Below, one piece after another: positions 26,425-64,000 of a stretch of 64,000 nt of DNA. The notes under the pieces were generated by a model. The model did not search any database. It saw nothing but the letters and a program-made list of their open reading frames with translations, and was not told where the DNA came from. Position 1 is the first letter of the stretch, and the number at the start of each line of letters is the position of its first letter. Source of the DNA: Eledone cirrhosa (Eukaryota); assembly GCA_964016885.1 (NCBI GenBank), contig OZ024765.1, positions 8,742,001-8,806,000 on the forward strand, in the 5' to 3' direction. The position numbers were made by a program, and so were the translations under genes.

Positions 26425-27598
26425 CTAAGGAAAAAAATTAGAAATAAGAGGGATCAGATGTTGTTTACTCGAGAGAAGGCTACGTTGGTACGGTCACGTG
26501 ATGCGCATGAAAGACGACAGCTGTATAACAAAGTGCAGGGCAATAAAGATAGACGGTAGCCACGGAGTAGGCAGACCCAGAAAAACATGGGACGAGCTGA
26601 TAAATTCCGACCTCACACGCTTACACCTCTCCAAGACAATGTCACTGGACCGAGACCTTTGGCGGTACTCAGTAATAGAGAAGACCCGCCTTACCTAAAT
26701 ACAAAGTAAAAACCTACTACAGTCAGTAGGCGTCTCTATCAAAACACACCCCCGTCCCACCACCTCCACCCCACCCACACCGCCCCTTTCAATGTAAAGT
26801 TATGTTGGTCCCACAACATCCAGGCCGAAACAAATGAGATCGTGTAGGTGTCACGACAAAAAACACACAGTCCACGCTGTAAATGTGGCCGTGTAGGCAA
26901 CACGGTAAAAACCTCCCAGCCCCACACTGTAAATGTGGTTGGTGTTAGGAAGGGCATCCAGCTGTAGAAAACCCGCCAGACAGTCCACGCTGTAATGTGG
27001 CCGTGTAGGCAACACGGTAAAAACCTCCCAGCCCCACACTGTAAATGTGGTTGGTGTTAGGAAGGGCATCCAACTGTAGAAAACCCGCCAGACAGTCCTA
27101 TGCGAGCAAGACAACCACTCTTGCCTCAAGTGGGAAAACCCCCGTCCAAACCCATGCAAGCGTGGAACACGGACGCTAAACCTGATGATGATGATGGTGA
27201 TGATGATATATACATCCAGGCCGAAACAAATGAGATCGTGTAGGTGTCACGTCAAAAAACACACAGTCCACGCTGTAATGTGACCGTGTAGGCAACACAG
27301 TAAAAACGTCCCAGACCCACACTGTAAATGTGGTTGGTGTTAGGAAGGGCATCAGCTGTAGAAAACCTGCCAGACAGTCCACGCTGTAATGTGGCCGTGT
27401 AGGCAACACGGTAAAAACCTCCCAGCCCCACACTGTAAATGTGGTTGGTGTTAGGAAGGGCATCCAGCTGTAGAAAACCCGCCAGACAGTCCTATGCGAG
27501 CAAGACAATCACTCTTGCCTCAAGTAGGAAAACCCCCGTCCAAACCCATGCAAGCGTGGAACACGGACGTTAAATGTTGATGATGATGATGATGATGA
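26425..27598 (+). mobile_element. Two tandem RTE family B 3' fragments
   Basis: ORF end ...RYSVIEKTRLT* plus 3' UTR and (TGA)n tails at ~27185 and ~27580. Confidence 0.9.
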
Positions 27599-27783
27599 TA
27601 TATATCCGGATCAGTTGGAGATAGTTGTTTCTGAAAGGACCAGCTGGAAGAAGTGTTTGAGAACTCTGGCCCCATGACTCTCTCAGGAATAACTGGGTGA
27701 AAAACAAGACTATTCCTTGCTCAATTACCTACACACATAAAGAAATAAAGAAGACACCACACACCCCAAAACCTCCCAAAAAT

Positions 27784-58542
<30,759 letters not shown>

Positions 58543-58548
58543 CTACAA

Positions 58549-58654
<106 letters not shown>

Positions 58655-58819
58655 AGACTTCATTTTCCAGTCTCCTTCTCAACAAGGAAGATGAAAAAAA
58701 ACTTACCTCAACATTTAATTTTAAATCTTTAATTTTTAGTTTTTAATTCTTATTAATTCTGTTTAATTGTTGCACTCAACATTTCATAAGATGAATTTTA
58801 CTGATACATCGAAACCGGT

Positions 58820-59422
58820 TATACTTTATATACTTTATATACTTTATATACTTTATATACGTTATATACTTTATATACTTATATACTTTATATACTTTAT
58901 ATACTTTATATACTTTATATACTTTATATACATTATATACTTATATACTTTATATACTTTATATACATTATATACATTATATACTTTATATACATGATAT
59001 ATTTTATATACATTATATACTTTATATACATGATATACTTTATATACTTTATATACTTTATATACCTTATATACTTTATATACATTATATACTTTATATA
59101 CTTTATATGTATTATATACTTTATATACATTATATACTTTATATACATTATATACATTATATATTTTATATACATTATATACTTTATATACTTTATATAC
59201 ATTATATACTTTATATACATTATATACTTTATATACTTTATATACATATACTTTATATACATTATATACCTTATATACATTATGTTCCCTATATACTTTA
59301 TATACATTATATACTTTATATACATTAAATACCTTATATACCTTATATACCCTATATACTTTATATACTTTATATACATTATATACATTATATACTTTAT
59401 ATACTTTATATACTTTATATAC
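58820..59422. repeat. 9-bp (TATACTTTA)n minisatellite
   Basis: Directly visible. Confidence 0.97.
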
Positions 59423-59423
59423 T

Positions 59424-60014
59424 GAGAGAGAGACTGAGCATAAGAGGAATCAAATGCTGCGTGCAGGAGAGGCAGTTACGCTGGTATGGACATGTGATGC
59501 GTATGAAGGATGACAGCTGCATAAAAAGGTGCAGAGCACTAGAAGTTGATGGAAACCGCGGAGTGGGGAGACCCAAGATGACTTGGGATGAGGTGATAAA
59601 AGCCCACCTTACCCAACTACACCTCTCAAAGTCAATGACACACGACCGTGACTTCTGGCGTCACGCAGTAATACAGAGTACCCGACCTCCCATGGGTACA
59701 TGCTGAAGCATATAAACTATATGCCCCCACTCCCCCCACCGCAAGGTGGTCGTGGAGGTGCCACGGCAAAAAAGCACCCAGCCCACACTGTAAAGTGGAC
59801 GTGTAGGCGCCACGAAAAAGCACCCAGCACTCACTGTAAATGAGGTTGGTGTTAGGAAGGGCATCCAGCTGTAGAAATCAAGCCAGATCAGTTCCTGTAT
59901 GAGCAAGGCATGGTCAGCCGACCAGACACTGCCCACAACAGGACAACCCGTCTAACCCATGCTAGCGTGGAAGAACGGACGTAAAACGGTGATGATGATG
60001 ATGATGATGATGAT
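59424..60014 (+). mobile_element. RTE family C 3' fragment
   Basis: LRWYGHVMRM...GRPKMTWDE, 3' UTR, (TGA)n. Confidence 0.92.
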
Positions 60015-60153
60015 ACTTTATATACTTTATAGAATTCTTTTTTAAAAGAATTGTCCCTCTCATTTATTCAAATATGTCCCTTTGATGAATCAAAGAAAGG
60101 GAAAAAAAGAAAAACAGACCCTAAAATATATTTTCCGTGCTATTTCCAATTTC

Positions 60154-60287
<134 letters not shown>

Positions 60288-60470
60288 CACAAAGTGTTAA
60301 AACAATCAAATCTTAGTTTAATACATTTATTTGCTGACAATTGTTTCTTCCAGAGGGAAGTCTGGAATCATCGGAGCGTAGGGAATGTCTAAACATTTAG
60401 GTAGATACATCAGTGTACCCCCCATATTTATAATTGTATATTAAACATATATAAGTATAAATATTCTTAT

Positions 60471-60506
<36 letters not shown>

Positions 60507-60569
60507 TAAAATAACAGATTAAAGTTTAAGCAAAGAATCACTGCATTCACCCTTAATTATTATTGCTAT

Positions 60570-60925
60570 ATCATTTCATCATCATTTCATCATTTCATTT
60601 TATGTCCGCTTTTTCCCTGCTTGCAAGGGTGGGACGGGAACTGATTTTGGCTTGATTTCTACAGCTGGATGCCCTTCCTAACACCAACCTCATTTACAGT
60701 GAGTGCTGGGTGCTTTCTTTTTTGCCGTGGCACCTCCACAACCACTTTGCAGTGGAATGATATGGACCCCAGTCCCTATGATCTCATTTCTACAGCTGAG
60801 TAAACTGGAGCAATGTGAAATAAAGTGTCTTGCTCAAGGAAACAACACATCACCCGGTCTGAGAATTGAATTCACAACCTTTCGATTGCAAGGCCAATGC
60901 TCTAACCACTAAGCCATGTGCCTCC
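60570..60925 (-). mobile_element. SINE family 2
   Basis: As other copies. Confidence 0.9.
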
Positions 60926-61855
60926 ATGTATATATGTATATTTAAAATGCTGGAGATTATTATATTTTCACAGTAAAGATTTTACCTCACATAATATCTC
61001 ACAACATTTACATTACTCTATATATACTATTGTATTTTCACAGTAAAGGCTTTACCTCACATAATATCTCACATACCATTTACATTACTCTATATATACT
61101 ATTGTATTTTCACAGTAAACGCTTTACCTTCCATAATATCTCACATAACATTGAATTTATGAGATTTTGATGTTATTTATTTTGAGAACAATACCTTAAT
61201 GTCAGTATGAGTGGGTTTGAACAGAATTCTGGCTGGATATGGGCGGTTTAAATACTAAAGGGTTAAATGTGTGTTTATATATATGTAAATGTATGTGTGT
61301 ATATATTTGCATGCAATAAAGTTGTGTTAAGAAATGTTTGTATGCATGTGCTGAGAATGTTGACACCTGAGAGACAGGTTTTGAGTCACTTGAGATAAAA
61401 CAGCATAGAGATAAGTGTTAAATTTCAAATTTTGTAGACTTTTGAAGTGTTCAGATATAGATATATAGTTATATATATATGTATGTGTTAGGATATGTAG
61501 ATATATAGATCTATGTATAGTTACATAATATATATGTAGGTGACACGACAAAAAAAAAAAAACACACAGTCCACGCTGTAATGTGGCCATGTAGGTAACA
61601 TGGTAAAAACCTCCCAGTCCACACTGTAAACATGGTTGGTGTTAGGAAGGGCCGTAGAAAACATGCCAGTCAGTCCTATACGAGCGAGACAACGAATCTT
61701 GCCTCAATTGGGACAATTCCCATCTAAACCCATGCTAGCATGGAAGATAGACGTTAAACGATGATGATGGTGATATATATATATATATATATATAATAAG
61801 GAGTTGACGGACCCAGCATATTTATCAAATATATTTATATATATATACATATATA

Positions 61856-61887
<32 letters not shown>

Positions 61888-61927
61888 AATATATGTATAT
61901 ATATACATATATATATACATATATACA

Positions 61928-61961
<34 letters not shown>

Positions 61962-62014
61962 AAGAAATATTTGTTATATTCAGCACATTCTAACAATGTG
62001 GTATTTAGTTCATT

Positions 62015-62450
62015 ATATATATATGTATATATATATATTTATATATATATGTATATATATATATTTATATGTATATATATATATATTTATATATGTATAT
62101 ATATATATGTATATATATATACATATATATATATATTTATATGTATATTTATTTATATATATATTTATATGTATATATTTATTTAAATATATATATTTAT
62201 TTATATATATAATTATTTATTCATATATACATTTATTTATTTATATAATTATTTATTTATATATATATATTTATTTATATATATATATATTTATTTATTC
62301 ATATAGATATATGTTTATTAATATATATTTCTTTATATATATATTTATTTATTCATATATATATATTTATTAATATATATTTCTTTATATATATAATTAT
62401 TTATTCATATATATATATATTTATTAACATATATTTATATTTATATATTC

Positions 62451-62482
<32 letters not shown>

Positions 62483-62649
62483 TTATTTATATATATATTT
62501 ATTTATATATATATTTATTTATATATATTTATTTATATATATATTTATTTATATATATTTATTTATATATATATTTATTTATATATTTATTTATAAATGT
62601 ATTTATATATGTATATATATGTATATATATATATATATATGTGTATTTA

Positions 62650-62702
<53 letters not shown>

Positions 62703-62740
62703 TTACTTATATTTATATATGTATACATATATATACACAC
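62015..62740. repeat. Degenerate (TA)n/(TTTA)n low-complexity tract
   Basis: Directly visible. Confidence 0.95.
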
Positions 62741-63074
62741 ATCTGTCAAATATCTCTGATATAGATTTAATAATGCATTCAGTTTTCCGATAGTTTTGGA
62801 TTTTATATATTCGTTTATCTTTTCCTAATATCTGTCACCTATCTTACCTCTATCACCTGTATTACTTGAATTACCTGTAGTATCTCCTACTGTATTGGGA
62901 ATGAGGTATGTAGAGTGAGAGGTGTTTATAATGACAACTGCGCATATTTTGTTGGCTTCCTTAATTTTATGTCTATAGGTATGTATACAATGTTTCACGT
63001 ATACATGTTTGTATGTGTGTATATATAAGCTATTAGTTTAACAATGATAATAATAACGAAGGCAGGTTATATTG

Positions 63075-63128
<54 letters not shown>

Positions 63129-63170
63129 CGATATTAAACAAATGGAAACTATATTTATAAAACCATATTT

Positions 63171-63234
63171 ATTTCATTATACATATTTCAGGGATACCAT
63201 ATTAAAAATATGGCATGCCTTCTTCAGATAAAAT
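63171..63234 (-). ncRNA. Type-I hammerhead motif, family A variant with a different stem II
   Basis: ATTTTAT CTGAAGA AGGCATGCCATATT ttt AATATGGTATCCCT GAAA TATGTA TA ATGAAAT. Confidence 0.75.
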
Positions 63235-63306
63235 ACAATATATATAATAAAATAAATATGGTTTTATATATTTGATATATATTTATCCTTATCGAGCCCT
63301 CTTTGG

Positions 63307-63866
63307 ATCATCATCATCATCATCATCATCGTTTAACGTCCATGTTCCACGCTTGCATGGGTTTGGACGGGAGTTTTCCCACTTGAGGCAAGAGTGGTTG
63401 TCTTGCTCGCATAGGACTGTCTGGCGGGTTTTCTACAGTTGGATGCCCTTCCTAACACCAACCACATTTACAGTGTGGGGCTGGGAGGTTTTTACCATGT
63501 TACCTACACGGCCACATTACAGCGTGGACTGTCTGGCAGGTTTTCTACAGCTGGATGCCCTTCCTAACACCAACCACATTTACAGTGTGGGGCTGGGAGG
63601 TTTTTACCGTGTTGCCTACACGGCCACATTACAGCGTGGACTGTGTGTTTTTTTGTCGTGACACCTACACGATCTCATTTGTTTCGGCCTGGATGTTGTG
63701 GCACCAACATAACTTTACATTGAAAGGGGCGGTGTGGATGGGGTGGGGGTGGTGGGACGGGGCTGTGTTTTGTTAGAGATGCCTACTGACTGTAGTAGGT
63801 TTTACTTTGTATTCAGGTAAGGCGGCTCTTCTCTATTACTGAGTACCGCCAAAGATCTCGGTCCAG
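63307..63866 (-). mobile_element. RTE family B 3' fragment
   Basis: 3' UTR with two module copies and tail. Confidence 0.9.
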
Positions 63867-64000
63867 TACGCCATCATCATTTAGTACACACTTCTCCCCA
63901 ACAGATATCGACAGTAAGTTGTTGGGTCTAGTCTGCATGAAGAACTCAATGTAATCCCGGAAAACAATAAAGCATAGATCGACATCGAAGTATAGTTACG

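Noticed and set aside
60300-62940. Candidate SLC23 start exons (60300-60420, 62830-62940)
   Set aside because: No combination of ATG, open frame and convincing phase-0 donor

Overview
AT-rich, repeat-dense eukaryotic genomic DNA. The SINE/LINE repertoire and the extreme (TA)n content point to an octopod cephalopod (inference). Two intron-rich genes lie on the minus strand and were reconstructed by hand. BLOC1S1 is complete (5 coding exons, 20051->4911, 126 aa). An SLC23/NAT-family transporter has 13 coding exons (58542->27784, 606 aa; start exon not found), and its ENIG signature suggests nucleobase rather than ascorbate transport. Nearly all long ORFs in the supplied track are microsatellite or minisatellite artefacts, except RTE LINE ORFs. 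Introns carry RTE, CR1, L1/Tx1 and RLE-type retroelement fragments, two tRNA-derived SINE families, MITEs, Helitrons and several TE-derived minisatellites. The main unexpected signal is at least six sequence-unrelated families of minimal type-I hammerhead ribozyme motifs (Penelope pLTR-like), mostly embedded in (TA)n. Several are sense to the host pre-mRNAs, one has a ~99-nt stem II, and many sit in fold-back palindromes that break at or near the ribozyme stem II. Other notable points: a Tx1 LINE flanked by a duplicated splice acceptor/exon start, an apparent 2-nt intron slide, and a stop-free read-through from BLOC1S1 exon 4 into a 48-bp minisatellite. All structures were read by eye; no searches or folding programs were run.
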